From Leucoraja erinacea (taxonomy: Eukaryota), in assembly GCF_028641065.1 (NCBI RefSeq), contig NC_073391.1, positions 34,162,001-34,226,000 of the forward strand: a stretch of DNA of 64,000 nt, written 5' to 3'. Below are positions 35,701-49,174 of the stretch, piece by piece; the stretch's first letter is position 1, and every line of letters begins with the position of its first letter. Below the pieces are notes generated by a model, which did not search any database, was not told the origin of the DNA, and was given only the letters and a program-made list of their open reading frames with translations. The position numbers were made by a program, and so were the translations under genes.

Positions 35701-38501
35701 AAGTGAGAGGAGGATGGGTCAAGCAACGTGAGAGATTGGGAGGTTTTCCCAACGATCCCCAGGGACTTTATTGATCCAAACCTTGTTCACATCCTCTGCT
35801 TTTGAAGGCGAGTCAAAGGCAGGGGAGAGGGGTAGATGGGGGGTGGGGTGGCTGGGAGACATTACATTACGATGCGCCTCATACCTCTCCAATGAGGAAA
35901 GAATGCTGACCAAATTGATCATGGGAGACCTCTGCCCTTACTCCAGTAGTGTCTATCTGGACAACTAGCTGAACACCCAGTTTTATACACCCACCGCAAG
36001 TAATGGCATCAGGTGCTACTTCCTCAATGCTGCGCAGGAGAAGTGAGAAGAGAACACAACTAGGATGGAGAACAAAAACTAAGTTTAGTTATATTGTCCC
36101 ATGTACCAGGGTACAATGAAAAGCTTGGTTTTGCATGCTATCTAAATAGATCAGATATGGCATCCATAAATATAACCAAGTCAAACTCAAGTAGAATAGG
36201 TAGAGCAAAGGGAAAGGCACAGAGTGCAGAATATGGCTCTCAGCATTGTAGCGCATCAGTTCCAGGGACAAAGTCCAATGGGCTAGAGGTGAATCAGACA
36301 GTACCCTAGAATATGGAAGGACCGTTCAAAAGCCTGATTACACAGGGGAAGAAGCTGTTCTCTAGTCTAATTGCTGAATTAGAGGAAGCTGAAAAGCTGC
36401 CGACTGCGCGGTTCCTGTGTACAAAGGATGCTCATCACAGGTGGATGGACCAGTACTGGGAACAGTTGGCCACTGACTCCCACAGGGACATTCTCCTCTG
36501 CCGTTTGTACACCTCCCTGGGCCAATATCACTAGAGCACAATGTTTTTTGCTTGTGGGATCTTCCAAGTGAATGATCTGCTGTAATCTCCTACTTTGAAA
36601 CACTGACTGACCGACAGAGGTACCTAATCTGCTGTAAGCCTTTTTGAGACATCTTGAGTCAGAGTGGAAACAGGCCCTTCGGTCCAACTCATCCACGCTG
36701 ACCAAGATCCCCATCCAGGCTATTTGCCTATGCCTGGCTCATATCCCTCTAGATCTTTCCTATCCATTTACCTGTCCAAATGTCTTTTAAATATTGTTAT
36801 AATACCTGCCTCATCTACCTCATCTGGCAGCTCGTTCCATGCACCCACCACCCTCTGTGTGCAAAGTTGCCCTTCAGGTTCATATTACATTTTTCCACTC
36901 ACATTTTAAACCTTTGGCTCTTGATTTCCCCACCCTGGGAAAAAGACTGTACATTCCACTCTATCTACATCCTCATGCGTTTATACAATGCTACAAGATC
37001 ACGTCCAAGAAATAAAGTCCTAACCTCTAGGTGCTAAACAGGGCACATACATCATTAATTTATCTTGTGATTTATTTGATTGCATCTGATTATCACTATT
37101 TATCATTATAATTTCATTTATCTTTCCCTTTATATCGATCTTGAAGATTTCAATCAATACCACAGCACTCGAGTTTTTGTTTTAAACCAGGAGTGGAGGT
37201 AATGTATTGACATCTAGAGAGGATAGTCACATTTTAAATGGCCCTTCTGTTTGAGCTCCGTACACGGCAGACCCCACACTGATGTCGACCCTACCAAAGA
37301 ATCCACGTCGTTAGACAAAGTACAGGGAAATTGAAGCATAATCAGAAACAGAGACTGGGGCGTGAAGCTAAAGGAAGATTCTCACCCTTTTACACTTAAT
37401 CTGAACACATCAACAGTTTCAAAAATAGAACAAAAACACTTCAAAGAATGTTTAGATGTCAAAGTAATACTTTAAACAAATGCACACCTTATTCCTCTTG
37501 AGCCCCAGCTGCCCTTTGAAGCTAAACTTACACAAGCTTCACGTTCTGCCAGACTATTCAGAAGCGATTGTTAGATTTGCTTTTTTTGATATTCTAACTT
37601 GCATCAGCTGTGGGCAGGACTCTCCCATCTGTAAGTTAAGTGGTTGTGGGTTCTGAGCACACGACCTAGCGTGACACAACTAGTACAACACCTATGCTAC
37701 ACGTGGAGATGTTATCTGTATAGGATGCAACATCGCACTTAGTCTGGCCACTTCGATCATATTATCGTGAAGAAAAATCAGGGATGCTCTCTCCGGTATC
37801 CTGGCCTATATCTGTCCCTCAATAATCATAACTTCAACAGATTTGTGCCATTTATTTTGCTGCTTCCTCTTGCTTTCTGTCGCAATTTGAGTGCCTCGAT
37901 GTCTCATGACTAAACTTTACAAAGCGCTTCATTAGCTGTAAGGTACTTTGGAGCATCTGAGATTGTGAAAGACACTACAGAAACACAAGATTTTCTGTCA
38001 TTCCCTCTTCTCCACTCTCCCATCGGACAAGAGGTACACAAGTGTGAAAACGCAAATGTCCAGATTCAGGGACAGTTTCTTCCCAGCTGTTATCAGGTAA
38101 TTGAATCATCCTATCATCAACCAGAGAGCAGTCTTGACTTACCATCCACCTCAATGGAGACCCTCAGACTATCTTTAATCGGACTTTGTCTTCCACTAAA
38201 CGTTATTCCCTTGTCCAGTATCTGTACATTGTAGACAGCTTGATTGTAATCATGCACAGTCTTTTTGCTGACTAAATTGCACGCAACAAATAGATTTTCA
38301 CTGTACCTCGGTATACGTGACAGTTAATAAACTAAACTCAACTAAAGTACTTAGCTGTGAGGAAGTTCCACAAAGAGAAAATCCAGTCTCTGCTCACAAA
38401 TAACCTTAGGGTTTTGATGCTGGACCAGACTGGAGCTCATGTTCAACGCAATGCATGTAAATAGGTCGCCATTCACAATGATATACAAGCATTATACAAG
38501 T

Positions 38502-39740
38502 GCTCAGCAACTGCGGCTCTGAGTCCGATCTCTTCACTGTGGGAACGGGGGTCAAACAGGGATGCATCATCGCACCCACCCTGTTTGTCTTCTTCATTGC
38601 TGCCATACTTCACCTCATTGGTGAAGAGCTGCCACAGGAGATCCCAATCCTCTACAGAACTGACGGTGGGCTCTTCATCCTTAATAGGTTGAAGGCCAAG
38701 AGCAAAGTTAGTAACACTGCTATCATGGAACTTCAGCATTCGGACGACTGTGCCATTGCAGCACACTATGCAGAAGACATTCAGGGCATCCTGAATGCCT
38801 TTGCCAAGGCATACAGAGCCCATGGGCCTAGCCCTAAGTATCAAGAAGACCCAGGTCCTACATCAACCTCCACGCAACCAGCCGTCTACCCAGCCCACTA
38901 TAAAAGTGGAAGACACCACTCTTGAAAACGGTGACCACTCCCCCAACCTTGGCAGGATTTTCGTTCCTCAAAAGCTGACTCTGAAGTTAACCGTCGCCTG
39001 AGTTGTGCCAGCGGAGCCTAAGCCAGACTCAGGAAAAGAGTCTTTGAAGACCGATACCTAAAGGCTCAAACAAAACTGCTGGTCTACAGAGCCGTTGTCC
39101 TCTCCACCCTGTTGTATGGAGCCAGGTCATGGACCACCTACAGCAGGCACCTGAGAGCCCTGGAACAATACGATCAAAGATCCTTACAAAAGATTCTGAG
39201 CATCAGCTGGGAGGACAAACGCACCAACATCAACGTTTTGGAGGAAGCCAACATGACCAGCATCACCACCACAATAATGCAGCACCAACTTCGTTGGACT
39301 GGCCATCGCATGTCCATCACACGTCTCCCTAAACAAATCCTGTACTGTCAATTGAAGGAAGGTCGGCGAGCCCCCGGCGGGCCAAAAAAACGCTTCAAGG
39401 ACAACATCAAGAACAGTCTGAAGAAATTCCACATCACATCAAGCAACTGGGAGCACACTGCACTGGTCAGGCGCTCCTGGAGGAAATCCGTACAGGAAGG
39501 AGCTGCACTTCACAAAATGGAACTACGCTGTGTTGCAGAGACAAAGCAGCAGCACCGTAAGGAGAGAGAGAGAAGGGGGCTCGACGACTACCAACCACCG
39601 CCAGTCTCCAATGCCCACGTTGCACCAAGATGTCTGAATCGCGGATTGGCTTCTACAGACATCTGCAGACTCACAAGTAGACGACCCTATGGAGAGGAGA
39701 GGACAGTCATACTCGTTTCGAGTGACCGCCGATGATAATG
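38502..39740 (+). mobile_element. 5'-truncated RTE-clade (BovB-like) LINE with perfect 17-bp TSD
   Basis: RT motifs GVKQGCIIAPTLF and ELQHSDD (degenerate YADD), LRWTGH, LPKQILY.QL..G.R..GG.KKRFKD; (gat)n-like tail; ACAAGCATTATACAAGT at 38485-38501 and 39741-39757. Confidence 0.88.
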
Positions 39741-40344
39741 ACAAGCATTATACAAGTTGCTAACCATACCTGATTAAATAAAACATTTACATACATTTAG
39801 CATTCCCATTTCTCAATAACAATAACATTTTATTGACCAGATTCATAACTTAATTCCTGTAGCCTCTTGGCATAGGATATTTGAAGAAGTCACCAACTAA
39901 CTTTCCTATTGTAGAAACAAGGAACTGAGGATGCTGGCTTCCAAATAAGGCATAGAGTGCTGGAGTAACTCAGTGCGTCAGGCAGCATCCTGAACATGGA
40001 TAGGTGACGTTTCAGGCTGGGACCCTTCTTCAGGTTTTGGTGGGATGGGAGAAAGCTTGAGGAGAGGAGAAGCAGGACAAAGTAGATGGTTGCGCAAAGG
40101 CTAGAGATAAAAAGACAAATGTGTGAGATAAAGATAGAATAGTTGTGAATTGTGAAGACAGTGGAGGGGAACGTAGGTGTATGGGGAGCAGGAGGGGGGA
40201 AATGGGCGTGGTTGATCTACATCTTATGGTAACCATAGACTCCTTCTTCACTGTCCTGCCTCAATTTTGGTGTCATCTTCAAACTTACCAATCATGCTAC
40301 CTATATTCCCATCCAAATCACTAACATATATGACTGTGGATGAA

Positions 40345-40703
40345 GTCTTCTCACCCACCACTCCACCTCCAGGTCCCTCAGATCGGCCGACTTGGGGCTG
40401 CTGAATATCCCGCGGTCTAGGTATAAGCTTAGGGGCGACCGCGCCTTTGCGGTTGCAGCTCCTAGACTGTGGAACAGCATCCCCCTTCCCATCAGAACTG
40501 CCCCCTCCATCGACTACTTTAAGTCAAGACTAAAATCTTATCTATACTCCCAAGCCTTTCCTGACTTCCACTGAGTGAGGGCTATATGTATATATGTATG
40601 TAGTTTGTTTGTTTATACTATTCATATAACAAATGTAAAGCACTTTGGCCAATGAGAGTTGTTTTTTAAATGTGCTATGTAAATAAATGCGACTTGACTT
40701 GAC
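40345..40703 (+). mobile_element. L2 LINE 3' end
   Basis: LL.IPRSRYK.RGDRAFAVAAPRLWNS.P...R...S...FKSRLK.YL; AATAAA plus (gactt)n tail. Confidence 0.82.
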
Positions 40704-41662
40704 AAATGATGGAAGACCCAGTACTGGTCCTGTGGCACACTACTGGTCGCTGGCCTCCACCTGAAAAACAATCCTTCACTACCACCCTCTGCCTCTTTTT
40801 ACTCAACTATTGTATCCACTTTGCTAACTCACCCTGAATCCCAAGTCTTCTAATCATCCCGATCTGTTCCCGCACAGGACCTTGTTAAAGGCCTTGCTTT
40901 AGTCCAGTTAGGGCTAAGAAGACATTGCCACCGCATTATGTTGGATTGGATTGCACTTCAGTCAGAGGAAGCTTTGAAAGGTCAGTGTTGTCAGAAAGTG
41001 CAATACCAGGCACCATCTGAGCTTTGGTATCTTGCCAGGTGGGTCTGTACACTTCCGAATCATTGCTGTCAGTAACAAGATGTCTTCTTTGATATGGTTC
41101 CCCATCTCATCTCTGCAAAGCTTTCAGTAGATAAAGAGACGGCAAACTTCCAGTTTGGCAAAGAGCAGAGTTTACAAAATTATTCACCAAGGATGAGGGT
41201 GAGATCACATCAAAAGATCCCACGTTGGAGACATGCCACATCAAGGAATCCCAGTCATACCACAAGCTACTGGAGCTGGCAGAGTGTTGCAAACAAGGGG
41301 ATTGAAGTGATCCAGCCCATCACATTTGATGTTTATCCTCGGCCAAACAATATTTAACACTACATTTTGGCACATTCATCAGTCTGAAGAAGGGTCTCGA
41401 CCCAAAACGTCACCCATTCCTTCTCTCCAGAGATTACTCCAGCATTTCATGTCTATCTTCGATTTAAACCAGCATCTGCAGTTCCTTCACACACTACATT
41501 TAGCACTTTCCGAGAACTTTCAACTTTAGAGAAACGGCACGGAAACAGTCCACGCCGACCAGCGATCACCCAGTACACTAGCACTAACCTACGCACTAGG
41601 GACAATTTACAGAAGCCAGTAAACCCACAAACTTGTACATCTCTGGAGTGTGGGAGGAAACT

Positions 41663-42253
41663 CCTTCTGCAGTTGTACAGAGCCCTAATGAGACCACACC
41701 TGGAGTATTGTGTGCAGTTTTGGTCCCCTAATTTGAGGAAGGACATTCTTGCTATTGAGGGAGTGCAGTGTAGGTTTACAAGGTTAATTCCCGGGATGGC
41801 AGGACTGTCATAAGCTGAGAGAATGGAGCAGCTGGGTTTGTACACTCTGGAGTTTAGAAGGATTGGAGGGGATCTCATTGAAACATATAAGATTGTTAAG
41901 GGCTTGGACACGCTAGAGGCAGGAAACACGTTCCCGATGTTGGGGGAGTCATCTGGACCACAGTTTAAGAATAAGGAATAAGCCATTTAGAACGGAGATG
42001 AGGAAACACTTTTTCCCACAGAGAGTGGTGAGTCTGTGGAATTCTCTGCCTCAGAGGGCGGTGGAGGCAGGTTCTCTGGATGCTTTAAAGAGAGAGCTAT
42101 ATAGGGCTCTTAAAAATAGCGGAGTCAGGGGATATGGGGAGAAGGCAGGAACAGCGTACTGATTGGGGATGATCCGCCATGATCACATTGAATGTTGGTG
42201 CAGGCACGAAGGGTGAAATGGCCTACTCCTGCACATGTTGTCTATTGTCTATT
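41663..42253 (+). mobile_element. CR1 3' fragment nested in a minus-strand V-SINE (41521-41662 and 42254-42417)
   Basis: LQLYRALMRPHLEYCVQFWSP...; GAAACT duplicated at 41657-41662 and 42254-42259; the SINE continues seamlessly across the insert. Confidence 0.85.
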
Positions 42254-45200
42254 GAAACTGGAGCACCCGGCGAAAACTCACGTGGTCCCAGTGAGAACGT
42301 ACAAAATCCACACAGACAGCATCCTTAGTCAGGACAAATGGCCTAATTCTGCTCCTAGACTTATGAACTCAGGTCTCTGGCATATTAAGGCAGCAACTCT
42401 ACCGCTGTGCCACTGTGACACATCATTCCTGATATTGTTTATTAATTAATAATTCAAAACCCTCCATCCCACTCACTCCCAGGTATGTGATATTCTAAAT
42501 AAAAAAATGATTTACCCCTAGGTCACAGAAGAACACAATATAACAGTGAGAACAGCCCTAGAGGTCTCAAGCCTGCACTGCTATTCAGTAACACGGCTGA
42601 TCCTACACTTATTTCTATTTTTTTCCAATCCTTTAGTTCCCAAAAATCAGATCTTATATTTAATCTTTCAAAAATGTATTGATTTTATTGGGATGTATAA
42701 AATCATGAGGGGGATAGATAGGCTGAATGCAAGGTCTGGTACCCAGGCTAGGGGAATCAAGAACCAGAGCACATAAGTTTAAGGTGAAGAGGCAACATTT
42801 CATAGAAAAGTGAGGGGCTACTTTAACACACAGAAGGTGGTGGCTATATGAAACGGGCAGCTAGAGGAGATAGTTGAGGCAGGTACTATAACAGTGTTTA
42901 AAAGACAGGTGGACAGGTACATGGAGAGGTACGATTTGGAGGGATATAAACTAAACGCATGCAAATGGGACTAGCTTAGAGGGACACCTTGGACAGCATG
43001 GACAAGTTGGGCTAGAGGGCTTGTTTCTATGCTGTATGACTATGACTATCTATGACTCTCGGTGGATCTTGCACATGCAAAAATGAACCATTCTGAACAT
43101 CTACAATGTTATGCATTGAAGAAATATCCTCACATCTCAAACCTAAATGGCTAATCCCTTACCCCAGGAGAAAATAGCTACCGTGTCACTCCCTTGAGAG
43201 TCTTTAGTTGGATACCCTCTACTTTCTGCATTGCAATGAGTACAGACTCAAGTCTTACTTGATCTTTCCTCATAGCATAAACTATCCCACTGAACTAATT
43301 TCAAGCGTACAGAAGTGTCCAGTCCCAAATCCAATCTGCTTTTCTATGCAGAAACCACCTGAGTCCCTCTATTAGATTCCATCCTGTAATTCACTTCCAG
43401 GTATGTTCTTCAATAATTGAAGCCCCTGAACCCTTCAATTACATTCTACCCTGTAACTCACACTCAGGTATCCACCATTCTACATATAAACTTCCCAAAC
43501 ACCTTGATTAGATTCCAGACTATAACACACTGCCAGGTGTCCATTATTCGAGTTATAAACAGCCCAGCGGGGAAAATGTAAAGGTGTGTTTATTACTTTT
43601 GATGTATTTTTCAAACACCTCACCTAACACAATGTTTATCAATAAAAAGCTGCCTACAGGGGCAACAGCACAATACCACGCCAAGCCGACAGGCAGGTCA
43701 GACGTGACTTCAAGTCTCAGTCTGTGCTTGGATAACAGATCTCAGTTGGACTAGTGAAAGGTGCGATCAGTGAAAGGTTATGCTGACCGCAAGTTATTGC
43801 CTGATAAGGGCAGATTCTGGTTGGGGGGGGGGGGGGGGAGAGAAATATATCACCATTCACAATCTATACTCAGCCAGCATTAACACAATGCTGGACTTTA
43901 CTGGACATTATCTTCCACTAGACGTTATTTCCTTTATCCTGTATCTGTACACTGACGGCGTGATTGCAATCATGCATATAGTCTTTCCACTGACTGGGTA
44001 GCACGCAACTAAAAAGCTTTTCGCTGTACCTCGGTGCACATGACTATAAACTAAATCAAACTAAACTATACAAAACGATGCTGGACATTGGGTCAAACTG
44101 GCAAACGTTGACCTCTAGGGGAAGATGGACAAAAAAAGGAGAAAGAGAAAAAAGATTCTTTTTCTGCTGGACTGTAGTGAGGTTGCAGGCAGGTCCAGCT
44201 GTCGTCCAGTCTGAGGCAGGTTCTGTTGCCTCTCAGTGCAGCTTGTGTTTATTCCTTGATTGGTGCTGACTTCAGCGGTTTACTTCAAAGGGCTCTCCCT
44301 TTCCCCGAACACCTGACGTTCTGTCTTGAATGGTGGGAACCTGCATCGCAAGCCCGGGCACGAGCTTCAATAGCACGACATGCAGAGAAAAAGCTTCAGA
44401 TAATGGAAGATACAAAAAAAAGGGGGAGGCCGAGGTGGCCCCTATATGTGGGAGAAAACACACACAATCACACACAAGACATTTGCCATCACAATGGCTC
44501 ACAAAGGTAAACCTGTACCAGGGCTACTTTGTACTTTGACAAAACATACATGATTACACACACAGAAGATAAAAGGATGAAAGCAAAACATCTGTTTCAC
44601 AGCAGCCCATCTGGCCCCCACAAGGAAAAAAAAAGATAAATCCAAACTTCCAGATCCTTACATTATCTTCACTGACCAAACTATGCACAGCAACAATTTA
44701 TACCTCAGGTATCTATAATAATTCAGTGTATGAACTACCTAAACATTTTGATTAGACCACAAACCTTTGAATTCACTTCCGTATATAAACCACCTGAATC
44801 ACTTGATTTGATTTCAGACTTGAACTAAATCCCAGGGATGTTTTAATACATATACAAAAAGCACTTGATATTCCTATTTAGTCCACAATTATTTATCCAG
44901 ATCAATTGTAGTTTCCACCATATAAAAATTATTGATAATTATTCTATTCTTTCAATACCCAAGTCTGGGGTGTAACCCATATGTTAGCACACAACAAACT
45001 GGGTAGAAAGCAAAAAAAAAGCTTTTCACTGTACCTCGGTACATGTGACAATAAACTAAACTAATATACAAGGGTGGTATATATAGGTTGACAATAATAT
45101 TGGCATGTCACAGTAGGCACTGTGCATACATTTACGATACAGAAATAGCTGGTGACTGACTTGCTCACTTCAAACTCGTTTTGTTATTGATAAGCCACCA

Positions 45201-46027
45201 TGGTCAGACCATATGAATGAACTAAGCACAGCCTTGAATGTTTCCTTAAAGTACTTTCCTGACATTAGAGGAATGAGTGATGTTAATGAAAAGTAAACAA
45301 ATTCTTAGAGGCATAAAAAGGGTATATTTTGACTAGCTATTTCTCTTGATGGCAAGTTTAGAACAAGAGGCATAGTCTCAGGATAGTCAGCCACTTAAGA
45401 CGGAGATGGGGAAATATTTATTCACTCAGAGTGCTGTGAGTGTTTGGCTTTCTCCAATCCAGAGAGGCAGGTAGTCAAATTGGGGAAATCAAAGAATATG
45501 GGGATTAAGTGGGAAAGTGGAATTGAAGTAGTATTATAGTAGTGAAGGATGGGAAAGATTCAAGGGACTGACTGAACTACTATTGTTGATTCTTTGAAAG
45601 AAAAATAGCACCCACCCAGTTATAGCCATATAGCATGGAAACAGGCCCTTCGACCAAACTTGCTCAGCGCAACCGACATGTCCCATCTACACTAGTCCCA
45701 CCTGCCTGCATTTGTCCCATATCCGTCTAAACCTATCCTATCTACCCGTTTAATGTTTCTCACTGACCTGCTGAATACAGTAAAAGAGAGAAGACTTACA
45801 GTTAAGCCTTTATATGGATTTCTGCAGCTCCTTATAGACCCCTTTCAGGATGCCCAATTATAATTTTCAGCTAATAAAATGTTTAGTTTTAAATGCCAGT
45901 CCACCATTGCAAAAAGCACATTAAACAAATTTTACAGAGCAATATCCCACCATCAGCAGGAGCTAAATACCTGACAAAGGAGGTATATATGGTAGATCGA
46001 ACTGTTGTGAAAAATGGCAGATCGAAT

Positions 46028-46120
46028 CTGAAGAAGGGTCTCGACCCGAAATGTCACCCATTCCTTCTCTCCAGAGATGCTGCCTGTCCCGCTGAGTTAC
46101 TCCGGCATTTTGTGTCTATC
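46028..46120 (+). mobile_element. Penelope-derived short element with the best-preserved hammerhead-like core (CTGAAGA A GGGTC TC GACCC GAAA TGTC)
   Basis: CUGANGA at 46028-46034, stem II GGGTC/GACCC at 46036-46047, GAAA at 46048-46051. Confidence 0.7.
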
Positions 46121-47166
46121 TTTCATTTAACAGTTAAATGTGAGGCCAGCAAACAAATAGGAACAGAGAATGCAAGAGAAAGAATGTTCTATGTTGGATG
46201 AACATTTAGTGACTTTGTCGGTGCAAAAACATGACGACTCTTTTGTGTCCTGCCGTGGTGAGGTCTGCTGTATGATTTTACCAGCTTGAATCATTGAAAA
46301 GCCACGAAGAAAGAATGAATGAATAAAGAGCGAAATATAAAGCAAATCAGAAAAAGTGACAAATATAAAGACAAATTGCTAGACTCGGAAACGTGAGAAA
46401 ATAAAAACATTATTCAGACTTAGAACCAAAAAGCATTACAAAAAAAATTAAAGGTGTGAAAAGGAAAGGAAATGCAAGCAATTTAGATAGTGGGAGAACA
46501 CAGAAAGCCAAACCAAAGAAAGAGAAAAAAGGCCACATCATCTGTCAGAGCCTTTGAACAGCCTCACTCAACACCTAAACGTGACACCTGTCTATTACAA
46601 ATAGATCTGTTACTTCTTGCCCTTCTCAGCAGGCTCGACACTAAACCACTTGCACAAGCTGCCAGTCAAATGAAGAGCGATTGCCAGTTAAAAGAGAAAT
46701 TAAACTACTAGACAAGACTAATCTCCTTCAATTGCCTGTGCTTGCCTCTTCACTAGATAAACTCAAACCCTGTCTATCCGTGTTGCTAATCCTGACTAAT
46801 ACAGCTTTGTTACTCGGGCAGATTCGGGCTCCCCAGCTGCACTGAGCTATCACTCCACTGCAATGAAAACAGGCCTATAAATTTCCTTCACATTTAAAAT
46901 CACTGGCATTGTTTACTGACCCCTCAAGTGTACAGCTTCATAATATTACTACCTACACCTGATATAGAGGTGGTTGTCACAGGAATGGTTACAGGTCGCC
47001 AATCCCTCTCCTCACTACAACACCCTGCATGCTCATCTTCCTCATTGTGTTGATGTCCAAGGTTAATCAACACCCTTTCTGCTCATTCTTCCCCATCACC
47101 TTAATACAAAACACTGAATTAGTCTCTTCCTCAGGGTTTTTAAACTGTGGCTAAGTGACTTTACAC

Positions 47167-47450
47167 ATTAGAGAAACTACGTGGCAACAGGCCTTTCAGA
47201 CCACCAAGTCCACGCCGACCAGCGATCATCCCATCCACTAGCATTATCCTACACACTAGGGACAACTCATAGAAGCCAATTAACCTACAAACCTGTACAT
47301 CTTTGAAGGGCGGGAGGCAATGGGAGCACCCGGAGAAAACCCACATGGTCACAAGGAGAATGTACAAACTCTGTACAGACAGCACCCATAGTCAGGATCG
47401 AGACGGGGTCTCTGGCGCTGTAAGGCGGCCACTCAACCACTGTGCCGCCC
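47167..47450 (-). mobile_element. Full-length V-SINE (HE1-like)
   Basis: tRNA-like head, V-domain and tail. Confidence 0.8.
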
Positions 47451-47559
47451 TAAGTGGGTTGCATTCTAGTTTCCGAGTCATAAAGTTGATGGTTCAAATC
47501 CCCTTCCAGGACAAGTTGGCAAGTTGTAGCCAAATTTAATTGCCACGGTAATAGGAGCG

Positions 47560-48545
47560 ATAGTGGATTGGAAGCCTGCGTCCAGTGGTGTAGCATAGGA
47601 TCGGTGTTGTGATGTTTCCTGTTTGTAACATACACTGATGATTTTGATGAAAATTTGGGAGGTATGATTCGCAAGTTTGTAGACAACATGGAAAATCAAT
47701 GGTGTTGTTAGTAAGGAGGGTTGTCTCAGGTGATAACATGCTATTGATCAGTTGATAAGAAGAGCAGATGGAATTTAATCCTGATAAGTGCAAGGGAGGA
47801 CATAATATTTCACACAATGACTGGTAGATCCTGAGGGAGAACTGAGGAACAGAAGGATCTAGGTGTACAAGTCCAAGGACCACGGAAGGCGGCAGCACCG
47901 ACAGATAAGGTGGGGGATACTCAAAATGAGTATTCCCATTACAGAATACTCACCTCCATTAACTGGAGCACAGACTATAGGAGAAGGAAGATATGCTACT
48001 ATTTTATGAAATATTGGCTAGGGTACAGATGGAGAATACTGTGGCTGGAACACTATAGGAAGTATATGATTGCAGTATAAGGATGGGTTTTTCTTTATAG
48101 GAGACATTGGTCAGGCTGGGTTTGTGTTCCGTGGAGTAGAGGAGGCAAGTGGGGGGTTGGTAATCTGATTATAGATTATAGATACTGTGAGCTAAAAAGT
48201 ATATTCTTGCGTTGTATAGTCCATGTTCTATATATACAAATTATGAGGGACATAAAGAGCAGGGGTGCTGGAAATAAAAAGGCACAGGATTAAGGTAAGG
48301 ATAGGAGGTTTAGCGAGAAGGCGAGAAATATTTTCTTTCACCCAGAGGGGTTATGGAATTTGGAATGCACTGCCTAAAGGGGCGGTGGAGGAAGGCACTC
48401 TCACAACTGTTAAGAAGTATTTGTTGAGCACTGGAATCATCAAGGCAAAAAGGATTGAAGGCCGAGTGTTGGACAAAGAGGCTTGGTATAGATGGGTACT
48501 GGATGCTTGGCATCGATGTGTTGGTTCTAAGGGTCTGTTTCTGGG
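47560..48545 (+). mobile_element. Old, highly degenerate CR1 ORF2 remnant
   Basis: Eroded GSVL / KF.D / MEFNP.KC / FTQR..GIWNALP segments. Confidence 0.6.
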
Positions 48546-49108
48546 CAGAATATCTGGCAAAAATGGAGGAATGCTGCACTGTCTGAGTTGCCCTTTCAGA
48601 TGAGGTATTAAACTAAGGGATCCCCTCACCTCCAAGTGAACATTAAAGATCCATGGAGCTTTCTAAAGAGCAGCAACATAGTTCTCCCACGAGTTGCAAG
48701 CAATATTTGTATCTCAAACAACTCTAATAACAGGTGTAGAAATAAGGAACACCAGATGCTGGTTTACAACTAAAGGACACAAGGTGCTGGAGTAACAGCG
48801 GGTCAGGCAGCATCACTGGAGAACATGAATAGGTGACGTTTAGGGTCTGGACCCTAGTAACAGGTAACCTGGCTGTCATCTCATTGCTGTTTGCGGCAGT
48901 TTCCCCTTGTGCGTTAGCTGGCCACTGTGTTTCCTCATCATGCCGATTGTGCATTAAAAGTATCCGACTGGTTGTAGAACACATTAGAACGACTGAAGGT
49001 TGTGAAGGGTGCTGAACAAATGCAGGTTCTTTCCACCCTCTGAAAAAAGAAGGGCTCCAGTAATAACACAAGGACACAGACTGAGATTCATAGGGTCGGT
49101 TCCCTTAC

Positions 49109-49174
49109 CTTTGAAGGTCCCATATCCGTAAGGGAGAGGCATGGCCACAGCAAGCAGTCCCGGTCAAAACAGAG
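49109..49174 (-). CDS. FBXW4: FBXW4 66-nt WD40 exon (SVLTGTACCGHASPLRIWDLQ)
   Basis: Resembles human SFVTGTACCGHFSPLRIWDLN; ttttctag|C acceptor and AG|gtaagg donor; phase 2-2 fits the next exon across a 27.6-kb intron. Confidence 0.95.
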
